Origin: Planctomycetia bacterium
GTDB lineage: Bacteria; Planctomycetota; Planctomycetia; Pirellulales; Thermoguttaceae
DNA length: 64,000 nt
Direction: 5' to 3'
NCBI GenBank assembly: GCA_030527105.1
Contig: JAUNBK010000002.1
Span: 44,215 to 108,214 of the forward strand
In this document: one piece after another, positions 8,399 to 17,579 of the stretch
How positions within the stretch are numbered: the stretch's first letter is position 1
Layout: each line of letters opens with the position of its first letter
The notes under the pieces: model-generated
Told to the model about the DNA's origin: nothing
Seen by the model: only the letters and a program-made list of their open reading frames with translations
The model's database searches: none
Translations under genes and position numbers: made by a program

Positions 8399-8581
8399 CG
8401 TCATGATTCTACCGCCTCTGCGTTACGTTAAATCTGCATCATCTCCATACTACCCCAGTATTATAGCACTTTCTATACTCATTCTCCTTTAAAATCCCGT
8501 TTTGTGTGACACTTTACGAGCCGTAGTGCGTAGCTCCGACGGCGGACGGAAGGGGAAATTCTAACGCAAGGCGTTATAAAA
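8399..8581. repeat. Direct repeat copy 2 flanking the R-M cassette
   Basis: See 6123-6328. This copy lacks the 25-bp IR tip (6196-6220) present in copy 1. Confidence 0.8.
8474..8581 (-). repeat. Family-A element
   Basis: Somewhat diverged copy (TTTGTGTGACACTTTACGAGCCGTAGTGCGTAGCTCCGACGGCGGACGG). Confidence 0.85.
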
Positions 8582-8596
8582 TTCAACTACACCATT

Positions 8597-9724
8597 CTAA
8601 AAAAGCATCTCTTTGTAGATTTTCTCATACGCAGCGAGCATCTGAATTTCCGTGAAACGTTCGCTATAAACCGCGCGGGCGTTTTGTGCGATTTCGTGAG
8701 ACACATCTTCATGAACGAGGAGCGTCCTCAGGTGTCCCGCAATTTCGTCTGGATTTTGAGGTGGAGCCAAAAGTCCGGTGGTTGGGGAAGAAATGATCTC
8801 CGGGATGCCGCCGGTGTGCGTTGCGACAATGGGAACTCGCGACGCCATCGCTTCAAGGAGCGTGAGGGGCGTCCCTTCGCTCACACTCGTCAAAAGAAAA
8901 ATGTCCGCAATTTGCAGAAGGTCGGCAGCGTCGTTTCGTTCCCCCAGAAGTCGAGCGCGATCCTTCAAACCAAGCTCGAGAATATATTCCTCCAACGCGC
9001 GGCGCTCCGGACCGTCGCCCGCCATGAGTAAAACGACTGGTGTCTCCAACGGCGTCTGCAAGAGTTTTTGGAACGCCAAAAGCGCGGTTCTGTGGTCTTT
9101 GATCGGATCGAGACGTGCCGTGAGAAGAATGACCTTCTCTTTCTCCGCAACGCCAAGCGACCGTCGCAGGTCTCCTTTTTCTTCAGGAGTCAGGCGATTG
9201 GGGAGGAAACGCTCTCCATCAATGCCGTTATAAATAAGGTCGATTCGCGACGCAGAGATTCCCTCGCACCTCTCGACGGCAAGCCGTACGGAATCGCTAA
9301 CGGCGGTGGCGCGATCTTGCGAGCCAATGAGAAGTCGGTTGAAAATTTTGTGCTTCCAATTCGGAATGTCGGGATAAAAACGACCGTGTTCCGTGAAAAG
9401 AAGCGGCGGCGTTCGTCTCAAACCACGCGAAGCGAGCGCGTAAAAAAAGGGAGTGTATTGGTGCGCATGAACGAGGTCGACACGATATTCGCGCAAAATC
9501 TCACGCAAGCGTTGGAGGCAGGCACGATCCAAACCCGGGCGTCGATCGAGCGTTTCGACGTGAAATCTTTCGTTTCGAAGCGACTCGGACCGGACGCCCA
9601 ACTCATCGAGGCAAACGAAAATAAAATCCCATTCCGACGATCGCAATTTTCTCGCGATGGCGGAGGCGAGAATCTCCGCGCCTCCCACGTGGAGAGAGTG
9701 AACCAGTTGGCAAACGACTTTCAT
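8597..9724 (-). CDS. Glycosyltransferase family 4 (GT-B, EX7E)
   Basis: 375 aa with an N-terminal GGAE motif and a C-terminal EGTPLTLLEAMASRVPIVAT motif. ATGA overlap with the upstream gene at 9721-9724. Confidence 0.8.
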   Translation of the reverse strand: MKVVCQLVHSLHVGGAEILASAIARKLRSSEWDFIFVCLDELGVRSESLRNERFHVETLDRRPGLDRACLQRLREILREYRVDLVHAHQYTPFFYALASRGLRRTPPLLFTEHGRFYPDIPNWKHKIFNRLLIGSQDRATAVSDSVRLAVERCEGISASRIDLIYNGIDGERFLPNRLTPEEKGDLRRSLGVAEKEKVILLTARLDPIKDHRTALLAFQKLLQTPLETPVVLLMAGDGPERRALEEYILELGLKDRARLLGERNDAADLLQIADIFLLTSVSEGTPLTLLEAMASRVPIVATHTGGIPEIISSPTTGLLAPPQNPDEIAGHLRTLLVHEDVSHEIAQNARAVYSERFTEIQMLAAYEKIYKEMLF

Positions 9725-11022
9725 CCCACGAGGCTTTCTTCGTCGATATAAAGGTTCGGCTCAAAAAAACGCGCTCCACGCAGCTTGCTCAAAAGCGTCG
9801 TTTCGTCCAAGGCGGCATCGGGCGCTATCTCGACACACGACGGCGTGAAATTATCGTCCAACGCGCCGCAACGTCGGAGCCACGCGGTGTAGAGCCGAGT
9901 TAAATGTTCCTGAACCGGCGGGACTTCCGCTTTGAGCGTTGCGAAAGCGTCCTCTCTCGCGACGCGCGCAACGACGGGATTCTGCGCGTGAGGGAGAATA
10001 TCAAAAATAAATCGCTCGGGTTTGATCGCCCATTTCGGACCTTCCGTCGTTGAAATTTTCTTCACTGGCAAGTGGTACGGGAGAAATTCAGGATCCGCCT
10101 TCACCCTCCCCGCCATTCTTTTGAGGAACGCAACGTCGATCAGGTGGACGCCAATACTCCCCGCATGATAAAGCAGCCGCCCTTCGGAATCCATCAGCTC
10201 CGCAATTTCCCGTGGAAAATCCATATATTCAATCACTCGAAGCTGCTCCCCATCGCGCACGACGTTCCCAACCGCCTCGAGTGCGGTCTGTTTTTCAATG
10301 ACGACGGAAGACATTTCGCTGCGCTTTTGGAGGTGGAAGGCGAGAAACTCCTCGTTCATGAGCGGAACCAGTGGATTGTCGACGTGAAACGTCTGGAGCG
10401 TTTCGATTCCACAACGCTCCATATCGCGAAACGCCCCCGAAGAATGCAGCGCGGAAATAAGCCCACCGTGTCCATCTGGACCAAAATAGATTTGCCCTGG
10501 CGCCGACCAACAACAGCTGCCGTCCTCAGGGCAAATCGCGGGCATCTCGTGTTGAGTAAAAATGAAAAGATTCTCAGGAGGAAAACCAAAATAGTCGTGT
10601 TGGCGCAAAAATCCTTCCGTCTCCTCGATCAGAGGAGTGCTCGTCATGAGGTACACTCGAATGGCAACGTCATAAATCTTCCGCAAAACGTTGATTTTTT
10701 CGAAGTGAACCTGAAAGAGAGACTTTTTCCTCACGGGCGTGACGCCGACGCACCCTTTGGGAGTGTCGGCACCCAGGCGTGAACCAATCCCACCCGCAAG
10801 AAGGACGAGACCAAGGTGGTTCTGGTGGATATAGTCGTGTGCGTAAGCGCTTCGTCCAACGACGTTGTTTAAGTCCAAAACGCACATTTCCTCTGCACGA
10901 AGCGGCGCGAGGTTCGACGTGAAAACCTCGGCGCTCTTTTGTGAAAGGTATCTCTCGTACAACGCGCGGATGAGTTGGGGATCTGGCTGCATGGTTCGTA
11001 TGGTCGTTATTCGATTCGCCAA
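9721..11022 (-). CDS. UDPGP-family UDP-sugar pyrophosphorylase (UAP1/AGX-like)
   Basis: 433 aa with LLAGGIGSRLG (nucleotide-binding loop), a GPDGHGG motif and VEYxD-like VIEYMDF. Confidence 0.7.
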   Translation of the reverse strand: MANRITTIRTMQPDPQLIRALYERYLSQKSAEVFTSNLAPLRAEEMCVLDLNNVVGRSAYAHDYIHQNHLGLVLLAGGIGSRLGADTPKGCVGVTPVRKKSLFQVHFEKINVLRKIYDVAIRVYLMTSTPLIEETEGFLRQHDYFGFPPENLFIFTQHEMPAICPEDGSCCWSAPGQIYFGPDGHGGLISALHSSGAFRDMERCGIETLQTFHVDNPLVPLMNEEFLAFHLQKRSEMSSVVIEKQTALEAVGNVVRDGEQLRVIEYMDFPREIAELMDSEGRLLYHAGSIGVHLIDVAFLKRMAGRVKADPEFLPYHLPVKKISTTEGPKWAIKPERFIFDILPHAQNPVVARVAREDAFATLKAEVPPVQEHLTRLYTAWLRRCGALDDNFTPSCVEIAPDAALDETTLLSKLRGARFFEPNLYIDEESLVG

Positions 11023-12578
11023 TTCTTCAATTCTTCGGTCTTTTGGGAAATAAACATCCCAAACTCTTTGTCCAGTTCCGAATACGACTTGCCCAAGTAT
11101 TTAGGAATCGTTTGGTCGTTGCTCTTCCCCGTATACACATCAAACAGGACGGCAACAAGCGCGTCGCGATACTTGCCATTGTCGTAATAAACCATAAAAT
11201 GCACAAGCGCAGCCGATTGGCTGTACAACTTCGAAACCTCTGGATGGTTTTGGAACGCCTTTATCTTCATTTTCGACATTTGCTCGAGAGGAATGTAGTA
11301 TTGTTGCAAATTATATCGATATCTGGCGATAATCATCCTCTGGTCGTCGTATCCACCGACCGTGTGAAAGCCGTCGGTATCCTTGAGCGACTCCATAAAA
11401 ACGGCAATTCCCTCGATGATCCAAAAATTGCTGTCGACGCCCGCTTTGGGGTCGGTTTTGCGCGTTTCGTCGAAGAGCTGGTGCGTCGCTTCGTGATACA
11501 TGGTGCGAATATCGAATTGCTCATCCGCGAAAAAGTAGGCAGTTCTGTATCGCGGAGAGTACATTCCCGCAGACGATGCGATGTTTGGATTTTGCGCCTG
11601 GAGGCACTCGATATAGTTTTGTCGCGTCTTAAAATAGCAAACTTTGTGCTTTTGCCCCGGAATGGCAGCGCTCCCTTTTCCTTCGAAGAGAAGATTGACT
11701 TGCAGCTCAGTAAAACAATATCTCATGAAAAGTTGTTTCCACACACGGTGGAGTTTCTCAAGCTCGTTGCCAATTTTCACGCCCGCCTCGATGCTATGAT
11801 TTGTGACGATAATATAATTCGGCGTCTCAACAATCCAACCATTTTCGATATTGGCGTGATATTGAGCATCCTCCTCGGCAGAAATCCACTTGCCATTGAA
11901 GAAACGCTCGCCATTTTCGTAGCGTTTCACTTGTCCTTTTGGGAGCCAGCCGAAGCGTTCGTGATAAACCTTGCCCGCTTTGTACTGCGATATTTCAAAA
12001 TCCGTGAGCCACTGATTTTTGAACTTTTTGTAACCGAGGATTTTTCGCGCAGCCAAATGATCAGGATTCTCCTGGAGCGCGCGCATGAGGAGGTCGAATC
12101 CGAAGCCCGCATACCCCATTTTGACGGCACGTTTTGCGAGAGTGAACAAGTAGCCTGCCGCTTCGTCCTTAAGGTCTTTGATTTTCGCTTCCCATTCCTC
12201 TTCCAAGTTCGCGACACCATCGAAGGAACTGGCGTCTTTTTCCGAGTCAGACGCACTTTCTTTCTTGCTGGAGGACTTCTTCTTTTTCGTGCTTTTCGAA
12301 CTTTTCGCAGAGGCGCGCGCAGGCGGGGTGTCGTCCAGAATCTCCTTAGGAAGCTCCGCGACGTAGATTTTGTCGCCAGAGAACGTTCCTCGCAAGAGAT
12401 CGCGCGTCTTTTGCGCTTGCGTCGGCATGTCGTTTTCTTCACACCACTTCGCGATGGATTCAACCCGTTTCTCGTACGTCTCTTGGAACTTCAAATAGCG
12501 CGTGAGGATTGGATTTTCGTTTCCGTTCGCAACGGTCGGGACACACACGAAGAGGAGCGATATAACGACCGCACTCAT
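11007..12578 (-). CDS. Secreted HExxH protein resembling the DUF1570 / MA-clan peptidase-like family
   Basis: The start was moved to MSAVVISLLFVCVPTVANG (signal peptide) from ORF 11007..12731. YHEATHQLF motif; a K/S-rich low-complexity tract (SAKSSKSTKKKKSSSKKES). Confidence 0.55.
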   Translation of the reverse strand: MSAVVISLLFVCVPTVANGNENPILTRYLKFQETYEKRVESIAKWCEENDMPTQAQKTRDLLRGTFSGDKIYVAELPKEILDDTPPARASAKSSKSTKKKKSSSKKESASDSEKDASSFDGVANLEEEWEAKIKDLKDEAAGYLFTLAKRAVKMGYAGFGFDLLMRALQENPDHLAARKILGYKKFKNQWLTDFEISQYKAGKVYHERFGWLPKGQVKRYENGERFFNGKWISAEEDAQYHANIENGWIVETPNYIIVTNHSIEAGVKIGNELEKLHRVWKQLFMRYCFTELQVNLLFEGKGSAAIPGQKHKVCYFKTRQNYIECLQAQNPNIASSAGMYSPRYRTAYFFADEQFDIRTMYHEATHQLFDETRKTDPKAGVDSNFWIIEGIAVFMESLKDTDGFHTVGGYDDQRMIIARYRYNLQQYYIPLEQMSKMKIKAFQNHPEVSKLYSQSAALVHFMVYYDNGKYRDALVAVLFDVYTGKSNDQTIPKYLGKSYSELDKEFGMFISQKTEELKNWRIE

Positions 12579-12785
12579 ACAAAAGCGCCCCCACGGAGTA
12601 TTCCTCTCCGAGCGAGTCCAAAAAGTTGTGGAGGACGGACTATTTAAACGCAACGGATATAAAATCGCTGGTATATTTTTCAACAACATTATCACTCTCT
12701 CCCAATAATACGGAAACAGGACACAAGACACGAATTACATTCTACCACAAAAGAGGAATAAATGGAAGTGATTTTGCCACCAAAA

Positions 12786-12826
12786 AGCAAGAAAAAAAGA
12801 AAAACTGCCCGAAAAAAGCAGTTTTT
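12786..12826 (-). terminator. Rho-independent terminator downstream of tRNA-Asn (stem also usable on the plus strand)
   Basis: AAAACTGC (12801-12808) pairs with GCAGTTTT (12818-12825). On the minus strand it is followed by CTTTTTTTCTTGCTTTTT. Confidence 0.5.
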
Positions 12827-12835
12827 CCTCAAAAG

Positions 12836-12908
12836 CGCCTCGACAAGGACTCGAACCTAGGACCCAGCGGTTAACAGCCGCTTGCTCTACCGACTGAGCT
12901 ATCGAGGC
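12836..12908 (-). tRNA. tRNA-Asn (GTT)
   Basis: The reverse complement reads GCCTCGATAGCTCAGTCGGTAGAGCAAGCGGCTGTTAACCGCTGGGTCCTAGGTTCGAGTCCTTGTCGAGGCG. It has a 7-bp acceptor stem, a D-loop AGCTCAGTCGGTAGAGC, an anticodon loop CTGTTAA and a T-arm GGTTCGAGTCC. No CCA is encoded. Confidence 0.95.
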
Positions 12909-13039
12909 AACGGTGAGTATTGTAGCACAAAGCGAAATTTCTTCAAGCCCCCCCCTAAAAATTTTTATCACTTTTTTGTCGTATTGTCGCCTCGAGCCCC
13001 CCCCATTACGGGTTCTCTCCTCCGCGACTCGCACACAAA

Positions 13040-14530
13040 TCAAAACACAACTTGGAACCGACTCATAAAGACGTCTTCGCGCCCCGTGCGTCCTGCGTTC
13101 GAGCCGGCGTATTCGGTCTCTGCGTGGCAATAGTTGAACATGATTCGGCAATTCTCGTTGAGATACCAATTCAACCCGATCGTGTGGGAGAAAGAGGTTC
13201 CGATGCCGCCGTTGTTGAAATCATAGCCGACGGCGAGATCGTCGAGATCAATCCACCCGAACATGTATGCTATTTCCCACGCGCCAGGACCGGAGAAAAT
13301 AGCCATCTCGTCTCGGCAGACACGAATGAAGGGGGAATTTGGCTTGACGCCGCCGTAGAACCCGCCCGACTTTTTATAGTTTCGGCTTTCCCCCGTGAGA
13401 AGCCACGACGTTTGAATGTATCCGCCTTGCACGGTCGCGCCGTCGCACAAGTTGTCGTCAATGTCGAGCAGCATATACTCGCAGTCGAGCGACCAAGGTC
13501 CGCGCACGATCGCGGTTTCGAAAGAGAACGCGTTCATTGACTCCATTCCTATGAGCGCGCCGGTCTTCATCGTTTCGGGGGCGATTTGAGAGCCGGGGCG
13601 AACATTGATGTTCGTTCCGTATTTTGAGGCGTTCTCCTCGTCATACACACGATACGAGTAGCCCAAACCAAGGTGCCAGAGGTACTTCCGTCCGTCCGAA
13701 GTCTCACAATAATAGGGGAGCCACGTGCCTCGAATCGTGAACGCAATGTTGCTCTCGTCGCCGAAGCAATCCAAACTATCCTCTTTCATGCTTGCGGCAA
13801 AAACCCCACACGCCCACGTGTAGCGATCCGCCTCGCGCCAATTGCTGAACATCAATCCATTGTTGCGCCCGCCAACGATGTTTTTCAGGTTGTTGACGTG
13901 CGATTTCTCGATGAAGGGCGTGGATTTATAGGTCGAAAGCTCTTCCATGCTCCACGGCTCCTTAAAGTGTCCAAGTCGGACATCCACACCGCAAGGGAGA
14001 TTGTAGAATCCGCCATAGACGTCTTTAAGATTGCCGGTTCCGATATCGTACGTCATTCGATATTCGATCATGTCGTACACGGTGCCTTGCATCCAAATCC
14101 ACGATTGGCGCAGCTTCGTGCCGGACGAGAACTCGCCGCGCAGGTCTTCGACAACGTCGTTCTCGGTTCCCGTTGCTGCGTCCCAAAAGAATTCCCCTCC
14201 AAACTTATTTTGAGGCTTTGAGAATTTCTTTTTCTCGTCTTCCTCCTTCTTTTTGGCAGCTTTTGCGGCATCGTCGGCGAGTTGTTTTTTCACGGCAGCA
14301 AGATCACTCTGCATCTGCTGCCACTCAGAGGCGGGGACGACGATTTGTTCTATATCTTGATCTTGTTCTGTATTTTGTTCGAGCGCGGAGTCTGCCATCG
14401 AAAAGCAACCACCAAACAAACAACAGACGCCAACCACAAACGATAAACTAGCGTGCCACAGCTTGATTTTTTGCGCAAACCCGAATTTTTTTGAGCGCCA
14501 GTACAAAATACCGTAAATTTTTTGTATCAT
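13040..14530 (-). CDS. Outer-membrane beta-barrel porin (OprO/OprP-like) with an N-terminal coiled-coil
   Basis: 496 aa with a signal/anchor segment, a charged coiled-coil (AAKKKEEDEKKK), alternating beta-strand pattern, and a C-terminal aromatic residue (RFQVVF). Confidence 0.6.
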   Translation of the reverse strand: MIQKIYGILYWRSKKFGFAQKIKLWHASLSFVVGVCCLFGGCFSMADSALEQNTEQDQDIEQIVVPASEWQQMQSDLAAVKKQLADDAAKAAKKKEEDEKKKFSKPQNKFGGEFFWDAATGTENDVVEDLRGEFSSGTKLRQSWIWMQGTVYDMIEYRMTYDIGTGNLKDVYGGFYNLPCGVDVRLGHFKEPWSMEELSTYKSTPFIEKSHVNNLKNIVGGRNNGLMFSNWREADRYTWACGVFAASMKEDSLDCFGDESNIAFTIRGTWLPYYCETSDGRKYLWHLGLGYSYRVYDEENASKYGTNINVRPGSQIAPETMKTGALIGMESMNAFSFETAIVRGPWSLDCEYMLLDIDDNLCDGATVQGGYIQTSWLLTGESRNYKKSGGFYGGVKPNSPFIRVCRDEMAIFSGPGAWEIAYMFGWIDLDDLAVGYDFNNGGIGTSFSHTIGLNWYLNENCRIMFNYCHAETEYAGSNAGRTGREDVFMSRFQVVF

Positions 14531-14549
14531 TTCCGTTTCCTCCGTGAAA

Positions 14550-14664
14550 TATACTCAGCTGCGTTAAAATTCCCGTTTTTCGCGACCTTTTTGCTCTTCT
14601 GTGGCGCGTAAGCTGCGACGGCAGCGGAACCGGCAATTTCAACGAGTCGTATTAGAAGTATAAT
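14550..14664 (-). repeat. Family-A element, diverged; it ends about 20 nt upstream of the porin start codon
   Basis: TATACTCAGCTGCGTTAAAATTCCCGTTTTTCGCGACC...GCGACGGCAGCGGAACCGGCAATTTCAACGAG...TATAAT. Confidence 0.7.
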
Positions 14665-14901
14665 AAATTACAATGAAAAAATCCCTAGATACATCGGAAC
14701 ACACAATCGAAAAAAATAGACAAATTCCCACCGAGGCGCACAAACTCCCCAGATTCGCCATTTTGTGCGCAAGGGGAGAGAATCAAGGGTGCCCTGCTCC
14801 ACTCTTTTTGCAAACCAAAATCATATCCCACACAATCAGTACGAGCAGAAGCTGTTTTTCAGAATTTTCTCTTCTTTGCCATAATTTATTAAAGAAGGTC
14901 T

Positions 14902-14930
14902 TTGACAAATCGTTTTTTATGGTGTATTAT
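14902..14930 (+). promoter_or_regulatory. Sigma70-like promoter upstream of the S41 peptidase gene
   Basis: TTGACA (14902-14907), a 17-nt spacer, then TATTAT (14925-14930). Confidence 0.45.
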
Positions 14931-14977
14931 GTGATTATAGACGAAGGATTCGATCTGTCAAAATTGAGGGATTTATT

Positions 14978-16612
14978 ATGCGCCACTTTTATATTGCACT
15001 TGTCCTGGTGTTTCTCGTGCCCTGCGCTGTGGGGATTTCGGCGCAGCAAGACCTTGCACCGGAAGCTCAAGCACTTTTGGAAGAGGGAAAGGCGTGTGAA
15101 CTCAGACATCAATACTCAAAGGCACAGCAGCTCTACGAGAAAGCGCTTCGGCGCACGCCGCGATCAACGGAACTGCAGAGTCGATTCAGTCGCGTGAAAA
15201 TTCTGTGCGATACGGAACGTAGATTCTTGCATCCAGAGTATACCTCGCGCGTCTCGGGAATGAAAAACACCGACCTCCGATTCTGCGTGGCAGAGGTGCT
15301 CCACTTGCTTGAGGACCACTACGTCTTTCGACTTTCGTATGAGGACATTTATTATCGCGAAATTCGCGCACTCGACGTTTCTCTCTCAAGTCCGATGTTT
15401 TGCGATAAGGTGCTGGCGCACGTTCCTCCCTCGGAAATTGTGAAATTCCAGAAGGAACTCCGGAACCCGATATCTCGCACTTTTGCGTCGCTTGAGGAGC
15501 TTGTGAGCGCAACGTGTGCATTGGGTGAAGAGTGTGAAAATCGTTTTCATTCCGCAGGTGCTTTTTTCGTGATGGAGGCATTGTGCGGACTCGTCTCGAG
15601 CCTCGATCCGTACTCTACCGTCCTTTTGCTCTCCCAGTATGATGACCTCATGCGCGAGCTTTCTGGTTCGCTTGTGGGAATTGGGGTGGAAATCAGCATC
15701 CGAAATGACCAAATTTTCGTCCAGAGAACAGTTCCCAACAGCCCTGCGCGACTCGCTGGTATTCGAGACGGAGAGGAAATTTTGAGCGTGAACGGCATAT
15801 CCACGGTAGGAATGTCTCTCGACCAAATCTCGGCGCTGCTTCAGGGAGAGTCGGGCACAAAAGTTGAACTGCATTTGCGTTCCCCGGGTGAGATGCCGCG
15901 GATGGTCTCTGCCGTACGACGCCGTGTCGCACTCCCTTGCATTGAAGAGGCGCGAATTATTCGGGATTCCGACGGCGTTGCCTATGTGCGTCTCCTCTCT
16001 TTTCAACATCAAACAGCAAAGGAACTCCATCGTGTCCTCACTCAGCTGCGCGAGCAAGGGATGAAGCGCCTCGTCCTTGACATTCGAGGCAACGGTGGGG
16101 GCGTCATGCTTTCTGCTGTCGAAACAGCCAACCTTTTTTTGGATGGCGGCGCGATTGTCCTTACGAAAGATGCGCGACGCAGACACCAATACAATGCCGA
16201 CCCCGACGCGCCATGGAGGCTGCCTGTTGCTGTTCTGATCGACGAACGCAGCGCGAGTGCGGCGGAAATTTTAGCGGGCGCGCTTTTGGAACGAAAACGA
16301 GGCAACGTCATTGGCGCTCGGAGCTATGGGAAAGGTTCCGTTCAGGGTATTTATCGCTTGGCGCAAGCGGATTTCGCGCTAAAAATCACTACCTCGCGCT
16401 TTTATTCTCCTTCAGGGAAACTGTACAACGGAGTGGGAGTAATGCCGAATTACGAGATTCATCAAGCCGCGCGTCCGAGCATTGCCTCGACCGCCCCTCC
16501 ATTTCAAGAGACTCCCATCTCGCCACGCGTCGGGGAGTCTGTGGAGAAAAGAATTCAGGAGAACGATCCTGTTTTGAGCGCCGCGATTCGCCTCTTCAGC
16601 TCGCAGTTGTGA
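14978..16612 (+). CDS. S41 family C-terminal processing peptidase with a PDZ domain
   Basis: 544 aa with a signal peptide, a PDZ-like segment (GIGVEISIRNDQIFVQRTVPNSPA...GDEILSVNG), DIRGNGGG and ERSASAAEILAGAL motifs. Confidence 0.85.
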   Translation: MRHFYIALVLVFLVPCAVGISAQQDLAPEAQALLEEGKACELRHQYSKAQQLYEKALRRTPRSTELQSRFSRVKILCDTERRFLHPEYTSRVSGMKNTDLRFCVAEVLHLLEDHYVFRLSYEDIYYREIRALDVSLSSPMFCDKVLAHVPPSEIVKFQKELRNPISRTFASLEELVSATCALGEECENRFHSAGAFFVMEALCGLVSSLDPYSTVLLLSQYDDLMRELSGSLVGIGVEISIRNDQIFVQRTVPNSPARLAGIRDGEEILSVNGISTVGMSLDQISALLQGESGTKVELHLRSPGEMPRMVSAVRRRVALPCIEEARIIRDSDGVAYVRLLSFQHQTAKELHRVLTQLREQGMKRLVLDIRGNGGGVMLSAVETANLFLDGGAIVLTKDARRRHQYNADPDAPWRLPVAVLIDERSASAAEILAGALLERKRGNVIGARSYGKGSVQGIYRLAQADFALKITTSRFYSPSGKLYNGVGVMPNYEIHQAARPSIASTAPPFQETPISPRVGESVEKRIQENDPVLSAAIRLFSSQL

Positions 16613-16630
16613 TGCGGTGAGAGCACCCAA

Positions 16631-16730
16631 CTTCTGTTGCCTCTTTGGGAGAAATGCGGCGTTTTGCGAGTCGCGGTGCGTCGCTCCAACGCTGAACAGC
16701 AACGGAATTTTTAATGAGACGCATTATAAT
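16631..16730 (-). repeat. Family-A element, diverged; it lies head-to-head with the tandem array
   Basis: ...GCGGCGTTTTGCGAGTCGCGGTGCGTCGCTCCAACGCTGAACAGCAACGGAATTTTTAATGAGACGCATTATAA. Confidence 0.7.
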
Positions 16731-17033
16731 ACTTCGCGTTGAAATTTCCGGTTCCGTCCGCCGTCGGAGCTACGCACCACGGCTCGCAAAGCGTCGCGCA
16801 AAACGGAATTTTAAAGGAGAACGAGTATAATACTTCGCGTTGAAATTTCCGGTTCCGTCCGCCGTCGGAACTACGCACCACGGCTCGCAAAGCGTCGCGC
16901 AAAACGGAATTTTAAAGGAGAACGAGTATAATACTTCGCGTTGAAATTTCCGGTTCCGTCCGCCGTCGGAACTACGCACCACGGCTCGCAAAGCGTCGCG
17001 CAAAACGGAATTTTAAAGGAGAACGAGTATAAA
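16725..17033 (+). repeat. Family-A element, three tandem copies (period 101 bp)
   Basis: TATAAT starts at 16725, 16826 and 16927. Copies 2 and 3 appear identical on my reading, and copy 1 differs from them at one base (GGAGC vs GGAAC). Confidence 0.95.
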
Positions 17034-17195
17034 ATTACTCGTAGCTGCGCCGCCCTACTGTCTTGCGTGGGGCGTTCTTTCTTGATTTTGAGCGTAAAAT
17101 AAAACAGTGTGCTTTATACTCTTCGCATTGCGCAGATCATTTGCCGAGGCGAAAAGTGGAAGTGGTAGTGGATTGAAATCTGTAAGGAGAAAAAA

Positions 17196-17420
17196 ATGAG
17201 ACATTTCGATAGCAAAAACATCCTCGCGGCGGTCGCGTCGCTCATTGTCCCTGGTTTGGGGCAATTGTTCCAAAAGCGTTTTTTTAGCGCGATTTTTTGG
17301 TTTTTGCTCCATCTTGGGCTGGGGATTTTTTCCCTCGGCGTCAATGCGGCAGGGACGTTATTTTGGATCGCCGCTTGGCTCATCTGCGTGTGGAATGCAG
17401 CAACGTACAACCCGGAGTGA
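17196..17420 (+). CDS. Small two-TM membrane protein (TM2-like, PGLGQ motif)
   Basis: 74 aa with a strong RBS (TAAGGAGA) 7 nt upstream and two hydrophobic helices. Confidence 0.6.
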   Translation: MRHFDSKNILAAVASLIVPGLGQLFQKRFFSAIFWFLLHLGLGIFSLGVNAAGTLFWIAAWLICVWNAATYNPE

Positions 17421-17579
17421 GAGTCGACCGCGACGCGGCAAAAACGCGATTTTCGTCGCAGTTCCTACAAACCAACGACAAATACAAGGTTTATTCGCTT
17501 TCCCCTGCATTTTTCGTTTGACTTCCAGAAAAAATGTGTTTTAATACATATGGAAGGTTTTTTTCAGGGAGGAATTGCC

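Noticed and set aside
14673-15197. ORF 14673..15197 upstream of and overlapping the S41 peptidase gene
   Set aside because: It overlaps the peptidase start and its predicted promoter, it begins inside a family-A copy, and its sequence looks non-protein-like.
16711-17003. ORFs 16711..16902 and 16770..17003, and similar ORFs at 3920..4252, 5618..5815, 26202..26534, 26446..26688, 42324..42536 and 44011-44390, all encoding ...FKIPFCATLCEPWCVAPTADGTGNFNAKYY-like peptides
   Set aside because: The conserved peptide is a by-product of translating the family-A DNA repeat. Copies occur in both orientations, lack RBS/start context, and the similarity is at the nucleotide level and includes the flanks.
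16631-17033. Tandem 101-bp repeats as a possible CRISPR array
   Set aside because: The units are contiguous with no spacers, the unit length (101 bp) is far above CRISPR repeat size, the same unit is dispersed singly across the window, and there are no cas genes.
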